Origin: Chromera velia
Lineage: Eukaryota
Length of the DNA stretch: 55,092 nt
NCBI GenBank assembly: GCA_018398765.1
Contig: JAHBMJ010000145.1
Span: 1 to 55,092 of the forward strand
Direction of reading: 5' to 3'
The notes beneath the pieces are model-generated. The model was not told where the DNA came from. It made no database searches and saw nothing but the letters and a program-made list of their open reading frames with translations. Position 1 is the first letter of the stretch; every line of letters begins with the position of its first letter. The position numbers were made by a program, and so were the translations under genes. This document shows positions 12,018-23,770 of this stretch, in pieces.

Positions 12018-14652
12018 GGTGGCGACTGATTCGCTGAATGCCCTTGATCTTTGCTTTTCTTCCTTGTATGCCCGCATCAAGTGTGCGCTTCTGCCCATCC
12101 TTGGCCGAGCACACATGCACATGGAAGCAAATGTACCATGAGAGAGAGAGAAATTGGTACGTTGTTTGGACAAACACTTCGTGATCGAGAGAAAGCAGGA
12201 AGGAAGTTGAGGCGAGAAGGTCAGAGCGGTACGCACAGGGAACAAGGAGTGACACGTGCGCAGGTCAGAACAATGAGTGAGTCGCCAAATCAGGAACAGA
12301 AAAGATAGAGCGGATTCGCCCGCTGTGTGCATGCACAATAAAACTCCCAGAGAACAAAAAGGTCGATGCAGAACCGAGGTCTCATTTGTGTTGTAATCTG
12401 CTTTCCAAAGTGGGTGATTTCAACAAGTACTCTTTTGCCTTTCTTTTGGGTGTACGTTGACATGAGTATATTTTTGAATGACACTTGACACACAGCTTGC
12501 AGCTTCATCGAAAGAGAGGAAGGAGCGTATCTTGTTTGTTCGTGCATTTTCTTTCTTTCTGCTGACCCAAATCCTCTCTTCTCCCTCGCACAGATCCTTC
12601 CTCCTGTGTTCCCTTCCTTGTGCCTGTTCCTCCTGTACCTCGTCCTCCCGTTTTTTCCAAAGGACCTCAGGAGCGTTCTCCACCTGGTTCTCTCCTCTCT
12701 CTGGGTGGGCGTTGGGGTCGTGGGAGAAGTCGCTGAACCTTCCTGCGCTCTCCTCCACCTTTTTCACTTTTGTTCCTGCTCCTCCTCCTCCGCCTACCCC
12801 CTTGTTCTGCTTGGCCAAATGCGCAACGTAGCAATCCCGCACAGTCTCAAAGGCATGCATGATGGACCTGCATGATCGATGCATGCGTGGAATTATATAT
12901 GTATACACACACATGCATGGGGCGAGAGGTGCGGCAAGGGAAGGGGAAGTTCCTGCAGTGCATGCACGCCTCTCGATCATCTCCAAACTCGCTTTCACTC
13001 TCAGTGTGGATACACAAGGACGACCTCCCTCTGCCGCCAGACAATCAGAAGATGCACACACACACACACACATACATACACACACACACAGGTCACGCGC
13101 GCAAGATAGAAAAGAAGAGAAGAAAAGAAATGAACTGAAGCCGAGGACTGACCAAAGAGGAGTCTTCAGATCGTGAACAATCTGCGCGCGTGCGTCATGT
13201 ATGATTGCTTTTTGTAGTGATTATTTTGTGTTACTTTCGAATGAAAGAATGAGACAGAGGAGAAAAAAGAGTGAGGGCCTGCAGGGGCGGACTGAATCAG
13301 ACGGAGGGGGCATAGTGGCGAGAGACAGAGAGGACAGGCAAGCAGACCGACAGATAGAAAGACTCACAATCACGACCTGTGTAAACGCAGACAGAGAAAG
13401 GAAAAAGTAAGGGAACCCATCAACTCAAATCAAAAGACCGTCCGACGGACACTGTGACACCGACATCAGATAGATATCACGCAGAATGTCACTAAAGCAC
13501 CCAAACAGACTCTTGACGGCTTTCGGACAGGAGACATTGGGTACCTTGAAAGAAAGATCTTTAGCCATGCGACCATCATGCATACGGAGGATATGCATGC
13601 ACATACCCTGACGCGTTCTCAAACCTTTGCAAGGGCACTGACACTGCATAAGGTGACGAGCCAACCAACCAACCAGCGAACCTTTTGAAAGAAGAGAGCC
13701 TGGCCCATTGTGAATCTCTGGTGTAAATTCAGGGCTCTACCGGCCTCCTCGACAAGAAACCGATTCTTCCGAGCTTCCCAAGAAACCGCGAGGGCCTGCA
13801 TGGAGCGGCGCCTGGTGTGTGCATCTAGCTGTCAACCTAGCCTAAGTTCTTTTGCTGAAAGTTTCTCAAGAAGCTGAGACAGAAGAAAAATCTCCCACGA
13901 CTGAAAGCGAAAGACAAAGAGCTTTCTTGCATTATTTTTGTCCTGATTTCTTGATCATGCTTGAGACAAAACGCGGGAAGAAACTCCCATGCAGCCTATT
14001 CGTTTTGTGTCCTTCTCTCTCTCTTCGCTTAATTGTTTCTGTCATCTTCTAGCATGATGCCGCTCTGAGATGCCCCTCATTTCTCATTCCTTTTGGAACT
14101 TCTCTGCTTGCCTTCCTTGTTGTCTGCTTGAATGGCTTGCGACTTTCCTTGGATGCCTTTGCTCAAAAGGAGATGGAAGGACCGACCGCTCTCCTTGCCC
14201 GATCCCTGTAGCTTCCAGAGAGGTGAAGAAAGAAGGCGAAGGCGAGAAGAACTATTGTCCGACGGAAAATGTCAAAGTTGTCCACCGAACCCAGTGTCGC
14301 CGTCTGCATGCGAGAGATGCACGGGGGGGCTTTTTCACACTTTTGGTCTTCCACCAAAAACAAGTGAAATGCGCGCGAAGCAGACTTATAAACGGAATTC
14401 AGAGAAAAGACACATACCCTTTTTTCAGATTGCACAAAAGACTTCATGAACCACGTGGAAGAGGACACAATTCGACGGAAAAAAGAAAGGACTTCATTCA
14501 ATTCAAGAATTCAGCCGGATTGACCAGACGTTTCACAAATGACGCGAGGTCGAGCAACAAGAGAACACGATGTGAGTAAAGCATACAACCCAGAATGTCA
14601 ACATCTCTGTGTTTTGGGTCACTCAGAAGAAAGGACCGAGTTACATGCAGAG

Positions 14653-14691
<39 letters not shown>

Positions 14692-15044
14692 CCCACGCAC
14701 TCACAGTGGCGTCCCACACCAGAAGGAAAACTGCCAACACGGCCAGGTAGATATCCGAAACCCTCGCCACATTCTTCATGCTCTCTGCACGTATGCGTGG
14801 AGATGAGTACCCCATTCCATCCGGATTGATTTGCACAACTGCCCTTTTCGACTGTATGACACGGGAAGGTGTACTACACAAATGAACGGCTTTTCATACA
14901 CACAGACGCATCCGGGATTTTGTACTTGCATGTTTGTACGCGCCGTACATGCATACACAGAGAGACAAGACGACCCAGAGAGGATGTACTGAACGAGCAG
15001 GGGCGAGTGTGTGCGCGCACTCACACACATGATATATATACATA

Positions 15045-15084
<40 letters not shown>

Positions 15085-18000
15085 TCATAACCGCTGTGCT
15101 GAGAATGATCAAGCTTCGTGAAGTATCACTGAAGCAAAGCAGCAAGTATTCTTATGCTCCTTCACACGAGCCGGAAAAGGATTGTCGCCGGGCATGGATA
15201 GGAAGACGGCGATTAGTATCAACGTGTCAGTCTTGAGACTACTTCCCTTACTCTCCGCAGAGCTGCGTACAAAAATCTGCAGAAAGGAATGACAGCTGTG
15301 GAAGACAAAGCTGTCTCACTCAAAGTTTGTTTCTATTCTTGAGCGTGCCGTGCATTTCATGCCAATCATTTCATTCCGAAAAAAGAAATTCACAAGCACC
15401 CGAAGCAAACCTTTAGCTGCCTTCACGGTGTCGGCACAACATTGCAATCAGGTAGACCCACCCTCCCGACTTGCCTGTAGTGATCCAGAGGCACAAAAAG
15501 ACGGCCATGGAGCTCAGAGTGCTGAAGCAGTTCCCGTTGTGTGTATCCGGATTGAGTTTCGTGGGGAATGTCGAAGCCACGAAGACAAAAACTGAAGCCC
15601 CACATATCAATGTCCCAGTCAACTGCAATCAGAATAAGAAGAATCACGAAGCAAATGTGAACGGACTCCTGTCAGTCGAAAAAATGTGAAGGAATGTTTC
15701 ACCGATTGTGGTTATACGACTGAGGTGAGCAGAACTTTTTCGGTCTCGCTCACTTGCAGACACAGACGCACACAAACCATTCGAGTGAAATCTTAAGTCC
15801 TTATGGGGACCCAGAACTTGGAGCGTTTTCATTCACGTTGGCATGCCAAAAGCAGAACACATAAGCTCATGACCGCTCACTTACGCATATTAGGAAAAGT
15901 CCTCTCCAGTATTCCCGGACTTCCCTCTCGAATGAACCTCCCTTCCACTTCTCCCACTCCTCCCGATTCTCCCACATCCTCTGCCTCCATTCCCCCTCCT
16001 GCCGGGGTGCCTCGGCTTCATCTGTGATGGGTTTCACTGTCGGGTCCTCCTCTGCGGGCTCTGCGGGATCCTTTGACGCAGTAACTGTTGTCGGGGGCGG
16101 CTCTTCCAACCTGCTGCCGCTTCTGTCTGATCGAGAAATTGCCTTGGGTCTCTCTGATGTCAGCCTCCTCAAGGCAACGGTTCTGCTTTCACTCTGTCTC
16201 CCCCCCGGTGTTTTTGAGTGCTCTGAAGCACCCCTCCCGCTCCCCTTCAAACCCCCCCAAGTGCCTTTTGAAGGGACAACAGCAGCAGTCGCAGAACTGA
16301 TCCCCCCCTGCAGTTAGTGCAAAAGAGCAAAGAGGAGTTTCTTCGAGAGGGTCATCAAGAGTTTTGAAGCACTCACAAACACACAGATATCGAACGACGC
16401 CAAACGGGAGGATTTTCATAGATGCATGCGCACAGAGGCAGAGGCAGAAGGAGTACCGAACAGAGAGTCAGACTGGGCATGAAACAGCAAAGCAGATCAC
16501 CCAAGAGGCAGACCGACAAACACGTTCATCGCACTTTTCCAGGGACAGATAAACACAATTATGCCCACAAACAAAGTGGCACCCCTCAGATACACCTATT
16601 CACGAAAAGAGAAACGTGACACTCGAACAAAGAGACGCAGCAGCAGCAGCTATGGAACAAGATTGAGAGAAAAAAACGTAAACAAACAACACACGAACAA
16701 ACCCATTCGACGTCGGATGTTCCCTCTCTGTTGTTCTCTCCAAACTCTGAAGACTTCGATCGACCAAAAGTTCTCTGCAGTCAAGCACGCGCCCACATTA
16801 TACACGCAGAGAGAGATCAAGAGAGAACGTCAAGAATTGCAGAATTACCCTGGCAGAATGCAGGCATCTATCAATCATGTGCCTGTGCGTGCTCGTCTGT
16901 CTGTCTGTCTGTCCGTCTGTCCGTCTGTCCGTCTGTCTGTTGATCGTCAGTCTTCGAACTGCCTCTTGTGTAAAGAGGAAAGTCAGTGACCTTCTCGTCT
17001 TCATTGCTTTCTTTCTTTCTTTCTTTCTTTATTTATTTATTTATTTCTTGCTTGCTTGCGTGCTCTTTCCCTCATGCACTCACTCACTCATTCCCACTTG
17101 GATCATTCATTCGTGTCTGTAACCCTGTCACCCACACTGACTTTTTCAAACCTTCTCATATGTACGTACGCGCCAACGACCGTCAGAAAGGATGCAACAA
17201 AGTACATGTAGAAGGGTATGGTCTGCAGGTGGACAACAGATGACAACACAAGAGTTCATCATTCTTGAAAGTCATCGAGTCAGCTGAAAACATGAAGAAC
17301 TGCAGAATTAACCATGCACATCATCTGAAACAATCTAAGCAATCATTCTCGACGTACAGCCGTTCGCAGGGGCAACTTCTGAAAGAATGGCGGCAGTGAT
17401 CTAGCACAGGCCCCAAGAAATCACTGATCCCTTGTCACAGAGCCAACAGTCGGAGAATTCACAAACTTTGCCTTCTTATTCTTCCTTTGTCTCACTGAGC
17501 AAGCAGCCTCAGAGGAAGGACAGGAAGGAAGCTCGACGAGGCAGCCGTACCTCCACGCGTGTGAAGTATGAGGAGCCGACGGTGTAGGCAGCGACAACCC
17601 CCAACACGCAGAGTGCTAGTCCCGTGACTGGAAATAAGATAACTGCCTGCAAGTCAGTTCAGCACAAAATCCGGCATGAAGCAACGAAGACACAAACAAA
17701 GAAAGATGCCCCAAAAAAGAAGGAGAAAAAGAAAGGCGCAAAGCACGAATGATGCGGTCGCATTTTCCAGTGGCACACGCATGCGGTCATACGTTTGTGT
17801 CTGTGTCTTTCACTCACCCCAAAGATCCTGCCATTTGCAAGCGAAACTGATTTGGGAAAGAGATGACATGACGGCTTTTCGGAAGACCACAGACGTTTGC
17901 CAGAAAAGGAACGGAACAGGAAGCCAGTGGGATGACAATGAGAATTTGATGACTGACACGGTTGTGGACACCTCACCGTAAAACAAACCCCACCCACTGA

Positions 18001-18676
18001 TATGCGAGCCAACAAACAAAAACCTCAACTGACCATCGTCCACATCTGCCAGCAAGCCAAACGACGAGACATCTCCTGCAGGCAGGCAGAGAGAGAGAGC
18101 AGTCAATTGAGCTAGGCCATTCTATCGACTTCGAGAGATCCATCAATCGATCGAGCGAGCGAGCGTTGGCCATTAAACTTTCACGACTTCTCAATCCAGC
18201 AACACCTGTATATCAGAAAGAGTTCAAGAGCTCTCATGGAAGGGGAAAACCGAGAAGCCAGACAATCTTCTGTTTGGCCAGCGCTGGGAGGGATGAAGAG
18301 GCCCTCAAGTGCGAGGGAGCTGGGGCAATCCGGTGAGGGGTCCTCAGGAAGAGAAAGAAGCAAGCCGAAAACGGCAGTGAACTCTCTCAACAGACAGACT
18401 TCGACAGTGACGCCAACTCAAGACAAAGAAGACTTGCAAACTTCAATTGGGAAAGTTCGTTCACTTATGTCTCACACGATCTTCTCTTTATTTCCCAAAT
18501 TCCACTGTCCATTGGACACGCAGGGACATCCACGTTCCGAGCTGCGGATTGAAGAAACTAGAGCTCGTTCATCTGCCGTACGTCCCTAAGACATATGGAC
18601 TGTTAGGAAAGAGAGGCCGAAAGAAAAAACCATTGCCTGCCTGCCTGACTGCCTGCCTGCCTGCCTGCCTGTCTGT

Positions 18677-18709
<33 letters not shown>

Positions 18710-19126
18710 TGCCTGCCTGACTGCCTGCCTGACTGCCTGCCTGCCTGCCTGTCTGCCTGCCTGTCTGCCTGCCTGCCTGCCTGCCTGACTGCCTGCCTGC
18801 CTGCCTGCCTGCCTGACTGCCTGCCTGACTGCCTGCCTGCCTGCCTGCCTGTCTGCCTGCCTGACTGCCTGCCTGACTGCCTGCCTGACTGCCTGCCTGC
18901 CTGCCTGCCTGACTGACTGACTGACTGACTGACTGACAGAGTAGAGGTCTTCCATCTGGGGGTCAATGAATGTCCACCAGAGAGGGTACCACTTCCATCT
19001 GCGGATGCCGCGCTCTTCTAGGAGGTCGTGGTGCTTTGTGGCATTGAGCAGGGTGTCGCAGGCGAAGGACTGGAAGAGCTCCTGGCTTTCCATCGAGTGT
19101 TTCTGTTCCTCTCCTTCTCTCATCAT
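5578..19126 (-). CDS. Multi-exon membrane-bound hybrid sensor histidine kinase (TM region - HisKA - HATPase_c - REC)
   Basis: H-box IVHDLKTPL (13153-13181); HisKA end SLAMNLLEVARL (about 11430-11470); N-box NGVSNGVK|YTKSGG (10106-10130, 9680); G1 IRDTGRGIP (exon 9460-9680); G2 GSGLGLSIVKAILTAMGG (9133-9244); ISSEEGVGT (8763). REC: VLILVDDQPMM (6762-6808) spliced to LRVLQ...LTDMQMGDMSG...LLSA...LEKP (5578-6514). Hydrophobic exons at about 17550-17650, 17170-17222, 15475-15518, 14940-14988 and 14705-14785. Some internal exon borders and the start at 19126 are uncertain. Confidence 0.9.
6069..6181. repeat. 57-bp in-frame tandem duplication (KPIPLKDALWRSNSQLDS x2)
   Basis: gaatctaattgggagttcgagcgccacaacgcatcttttagagggatcggtttt starts at 6071 and again at 6128. 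Confidence 0.95.
7113..7380. repeat. (GACA)n/(GGCA)n compound intronic microsatellite
   Basis: Visible repeats inside a histidine kinase intron. Confidence 0.9.
18634..18937. repeat. (GCCT)n/(GACT)n microsatellite in the first histidine kinase intron
   Basis: About 300 bp of tetranucleotide repeat starting exactly at the exon 1 donor. Confidence 0.95.
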
Positions 19127-19559
19127 AGAATCAAGCCAGCTAGGGACCTTTGAACGGAATTAATCCGTGCTATATATATATGTATATACAAACTGCAACA
19201 CTGTGACTTTTCGTCACGAGAATCCAGTAGTTTTGTCGTCAGTCAAAGAGCACGTCTGACAACTTGATTGGGAACGGAGTGAATGTCGCGATTTCACCGT
19301 CTTTGCGTAAAAGAATATACACACACATATATATGCGCTCTCACTCTCGTGTATGTATACTGGAGTCTGGCACTTGAAGGCCAGCTCTTGACGATTTGGT
19401 TTGCCTGGCTGGTTAATAGTTTTTCCTTCCTTTTTGAGGACGTTCATGCTTTGTTCCGATTTGGCAGCAGCAGTAATGTTGAGGTAGACCGTTTCGCAGC
19501 CTTAGCGTGATCGGGATTGCAGTTTCAGAACGTCTTCCGCGTGTTCCTAAAACGTCTGA

Positions 19560-19885
19560 CCTTCGCGAATGCATGCATGGGCGCCTGCACGCATGCTGCC
19601 AGCGGCTCGGCCGGGTCCAGCCATGCATGCACGCATGCCTGCACCCGGCCCGAAAGACGCGGCGCATATCCAATGCATGCATGCATGTCGGCCGGGATGC
19701 CGGCCGTGCTCGCGGCGGCTATAGGAGCTATAGGAAGGAGGGGGGCCACGCGCGGCCGCACGCACAGCAGAAATGGGGGGCCACGCGGATTAAGTTTGGC
19801 CCGCGGGCCGGCCAGGCGCGGCCGCACGCACAGAAATCCAGAAATCCCAGAAATCTGGAACTGGGTAGACCGCTCCATGCATGTG
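19560..19885. promoter_or_regulatory. GC-rich island with TGCATGCA palindromes and short direct repeats, upstream of the histidine kinase
   Basis: Several TGCATGCA/GCATGC copies; gcgcggccgcacgcacag x2; gggggccacgcg x2; 430-750 bp 5' of the ATG at 19126. Regulatory role is inferred from position. Confidence 0.45.
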
Positions 19886-19945
19886 GAGCTGACTTTTACT
19901 TCAGGACCGTGGGTAGTGGATGGTAGTGGACTCAAAGAACGGTGC

Positions 19946-21914
19946 CTAACCATCGTCAGACAAGTCCTTGATCTTTTGTCGAGGGAATTTCTTTTCCTTT
20001 ATGTGTGGCAGGTGAGAGTCTCGTGCTTGTCGTGCACTGCCCTTGAATTTCTGCCAGACCGCCTGAGGGACTTGTATGCCTGCGCACTGAGATCAGCAAG
20101 AAAAGCACACAAGTCGCGTGCTTCCAAATGTTTCAACAGCTTTGGAATTCAGAAAGGCGATGAAAAGGGGCACTTGCTCCAGTTAGTACAAATGAGCCAA
20201 GTGCTGAAGAATTGAAGGAAAATATTAGATGCTAAAGTTCCCACTTATACTGATCATCGACCTGTATTTTGAAAGAAGTTTTCAGGAATGTGCTGCACCC
20301 CGTGTCTCCCTCCATGGGTTCGTCGTAGAGAGATGCGTTCAGACCGAGAAAGATTTTTGTAAGGTCAACTGCAAAAAGTCATGCAGTCAGCAGTCAGGCT
20401 CCTGTGTATACCATGCAGCCGAGAACACATGGTATGATTGCAAACTCAATCACGTATAGGCCAGGCTCATATTGACGATTTGCCAGACTGATCGAGACCG
20501 ACTTATACTCAATGGCGGAAAACAATCGGAATGCATGCAGCACGAGTGAGAATGTCATGTGCCCGCCAATCATACACCAGCCGCTCACCCCTGAGGTCCT
20601 CCCGCCTCATGTCCGCCAGAGATCTCAACAGAGCCCCTATTCCCCTGCGCCCTCCATTTTCGCAGCGACGGAGAAGCTCCTGCAGGCATGTCATTGAACC
20701 ACAAAAAAATCTTCCTTCTCGTCCTGAAAGTCAGGCAACTCATGTAACAGACGTGCTCTGATGTCTGACATTTTGTTATTGGCTATAGGGTTTCTACTGA
20801 GTCTTCCAGGTAACTGAAACTTTCATCTCTGACTTTCACCTCGTGAGAGACACGAAACAAATGGTGTGCCAATCGCCTCCTGCAGATGGAGTGTCAATCA
20901 GAGACTGCACCTACCTGCAGGTTGACTTGTTTGGTTTTCAAGCAAAAGTCGATGGCCTTCCCCAGTGCTGTTGCGTTTGCTGATCTGCAAACGTGGTTCA
21001 GTTGGCAATCATTGCGTTGGGACACAAGAAGACGTACATGCTGACACACAGAAGGACCAATACATGCCAAATTAAGCCCAACAGCTTCAGCCAATACATG
21101 CATGGAGCAGGAAGAGACTCATAAATGAAATTTTGAATGAAATCTGGTATGAAGATAGGTGTTGTCGGGCTAGAAAAAGTTGCAAAAACAATCAGATGGA
21201 CAGACAACGACAGAGACTAAGGAGAACCACCGTGACGAAGAAAACTGAGATACGCAAGCTGCAAAACCTAGAGAAAGGAAGAGAGTGACAACTAAGGGGA
21301 CACTAAGAAATTAGTTTAGGATGACTCGGAGAGAGAAAAATGAATAAAATGAAAGAGCAGAGAAATGGAGCGGAAATACGGAAAAGAAAGGCTGCAAAAG
21401 AAAGAATCGAAAGTGCGTGGAAGAAGTGTCACGCACTGACTTCCAAATGACTTCAAAGGTCCTCGGAAAGAACAGTACAGAGCATGCAATGGAAAGCTAT
21501 GCATAGAAGGGAGAACACATAATGGGACATCAAATGAAGGGAAAACCCACCGATGCATCGGTGCACGGAAGGCTGCAACCTGTAGTGCATGATGAATGAA
21601 ATGCACTGAAGGGGAATACTCGCGTACCGGTTTGTTTGTTGTGAAAGTGCAGCCACTTGGAGCGGTGTCATGACTTGTATGTTGTTCTTTCCAAGGAGAC
21701 CGGTAATATTTCCATCACCCGTCATTCCATAAACAGTTTTGCCACGGTTTCTCTTCTTTAGGGTGTCACAGTCTTTTACAAACAGCGCATCGTTCACCGT
21801 TTTGGATGGCCTTACTCTTGTTGAGAATTCCTTGTCGTCCTGCATCTCTTGGAGCTCAAAGCTCCATTGCCCGTTCTCTCTTCTCCTCCCATTCAAGAGC
21901 TCCTTCGTGTACAT
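19946..21914 (-). CDS. Hypothetical protein, at least 4 exons (21628-21914?, 20915-20984, 20589-20679, 19946-20079); 5' part may be disrupted
   Basis: Three phase-consistent GT-AG introns give ...QQTNR|SANATALGKAIDFCLKTKQVNLQ|ELLRRCENGG...REDLRG|IQVPQAVWQKFKG...LSDDG*. No family recognised. Confidence 0.65.
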
Positions 21915-23092
21915 TCTCCCTAACCACCGCTATATATATGGGGCTCTTATCCGGAGCGGTTAGCCAGGGCGCTTCTCGCTTGCAGTATGTCTGCTGAACG
22001 GTGAGACTTGCACAGAAAAGACCTTCCCATTCTTGATCATCAGACTTTCTTATGCTTGAAGAATCTTCTTCAGATCATGCAGCTGCCAGGTCAATTGAGT
22101 GATATATACATGCATACATACAGAAACAGGCATGCATGCAGAGAATTGTATGAAAAATTGTATGAAAATCAAAAATCAGTGTATATAATAACCTGAGGCG
22201 ATACCCTCTGAGGGCAACTCCCACACTAGCTACCGAGGCCCCAGTTGACTTGAAACCGCGTTCTTTGCATACCGATTTTTTGTCGGTACTTCACATATTG
22301 ATAAAATCAATTAAAAAACTACTCAAAAAATGGATGAAAAGCTTGTAGATTTTAATACCGCACGCCAATTTTTTTACTGAGGAGAACGCTGTCAAGGCAC
22401 TCATCTTTACCAGAGCTTGAGTGTTACGTGGAAAGATGGACGCGCTGGGGCCTCCATGCATATGCATGCACGGCGGAGCCAAACCCCCTTTTCTCAATGT
22501 GAGAATCCTCAGAGATCGATCGAACGTGTGCGAGCCATCTGTCACAACTTCGACTCACAAGTTGCACGGGACAGACTCATCTTATGTGACACTCGTGGAG
22601 GTAGGGCAAGGTTTTCGTCCAAAGTCTCCAGGTCGTGACGATTATATAGATCTCTTTTGGCAGTGGATTCTTCTTTGTGTTCTGCCGTCTCCAGCAAGAG
22701 GGAGACGCTAAGTGGGAGACGCTGAGTGAATCGTATCATTTCTTTCTTTCTCTCTGATTGCCAGTCTCATTAGGAAACCGAAAGCATGTCACAATCAGCC
22801 AGTTCTCCACAGACTTCGCCGCTGGGTGCGTCTTCTTGGGTCACCCTGCCCCCCGATACGAAGAGTCCTGTCTGGTTCAACTCATTTTTCCCTTCTCCCC
22901 TTAAAGTTTCCTTCTGCCGTTTTTGTTCGCAGTCGAAGAGCAGTCGCAAAGCAGCGAAAGGGGACTTGCGGAGAAGAAGAACAAACTGTGCGTGGTTTTC
23001 GACCATGCTTGCCTGACTGCAGAGGTGCGTGGCTGTCGGGCCTTGTAATTCGTAATTCACACCCTTGTCTGGTTCGTTGTCCGTCTCCGGAG

Positions 23093-23113
23093 AGAGAGAG
23101 AAAGAAAGAACGA

Positions 23114-23181
<68 letters not shown>

Positions 23182-23483
23182 ACGAAAGAACGAACGAACG
23201 AACGAACGAACGAACGAACGAACGAAAGAAAGGAAGGAAGGAAGGAAGGAAGGGAACCACCCGTCTCAATGAAACGTTCACGACCCAAAGCCGACATCTG
23301 ACTGACCCTTCCGTAAAGCCAGACACACAACCAGGCAAGTCTGAAAGAGTCCCTCTCCTTCAGGAGCCCGGAAAGAGTCTGTATGTGAACATGAACCATG
23401 CATCCACAATTGCCCGACCATGACAGTTGAACACTATTTTAACAATGAAGACCACATCGAAAACATTTCTCCCTCCCCTCCCT

Positions 23484-23532
<49 letters not shown>

Positions 23533-23680
23533 GTTCGTTCGTTCGTTCGTTCTTTCGTTTCTTTCTCTCTCTTTCTTTCTTTCTTTCTTGCTTGTCTTCT
23601 TCTGTGCTTTTCTCCTTGCTCTCTTTTTTTTTCTCGCCTTTGGTTCTTCTTACTCAGTTTTTTTCTGTGCGTGTGCGTGT

Positions 23681-23732
<52 letters not shown>

Positions 23733-23770
23733 ATGTGTGTGCATGTGTGTGCATGTGTATGTATATGTGT
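23093..23770. repeat. Cluster of (GAAA)n, (GAAC)n, (CT)n and (GT)n microsatellites
   Basis: Directly visible. Confidence 0.9.

Noticed and set aside
19507..20215. Long overlapping ORFs (139-232 aa)
   Set aside because: They come from a GC-rich palindromic patch and from the antisense of an exon; no protein-like features.
22770..23399. Possible two-exon gene fragment (LLKERDSFRLAWL...|ASMVENHAQFVLLLRKSPFAALRLL)
   Set aside because: Splice signals are plausible, but it is short, has no recognisable family and no supported start.
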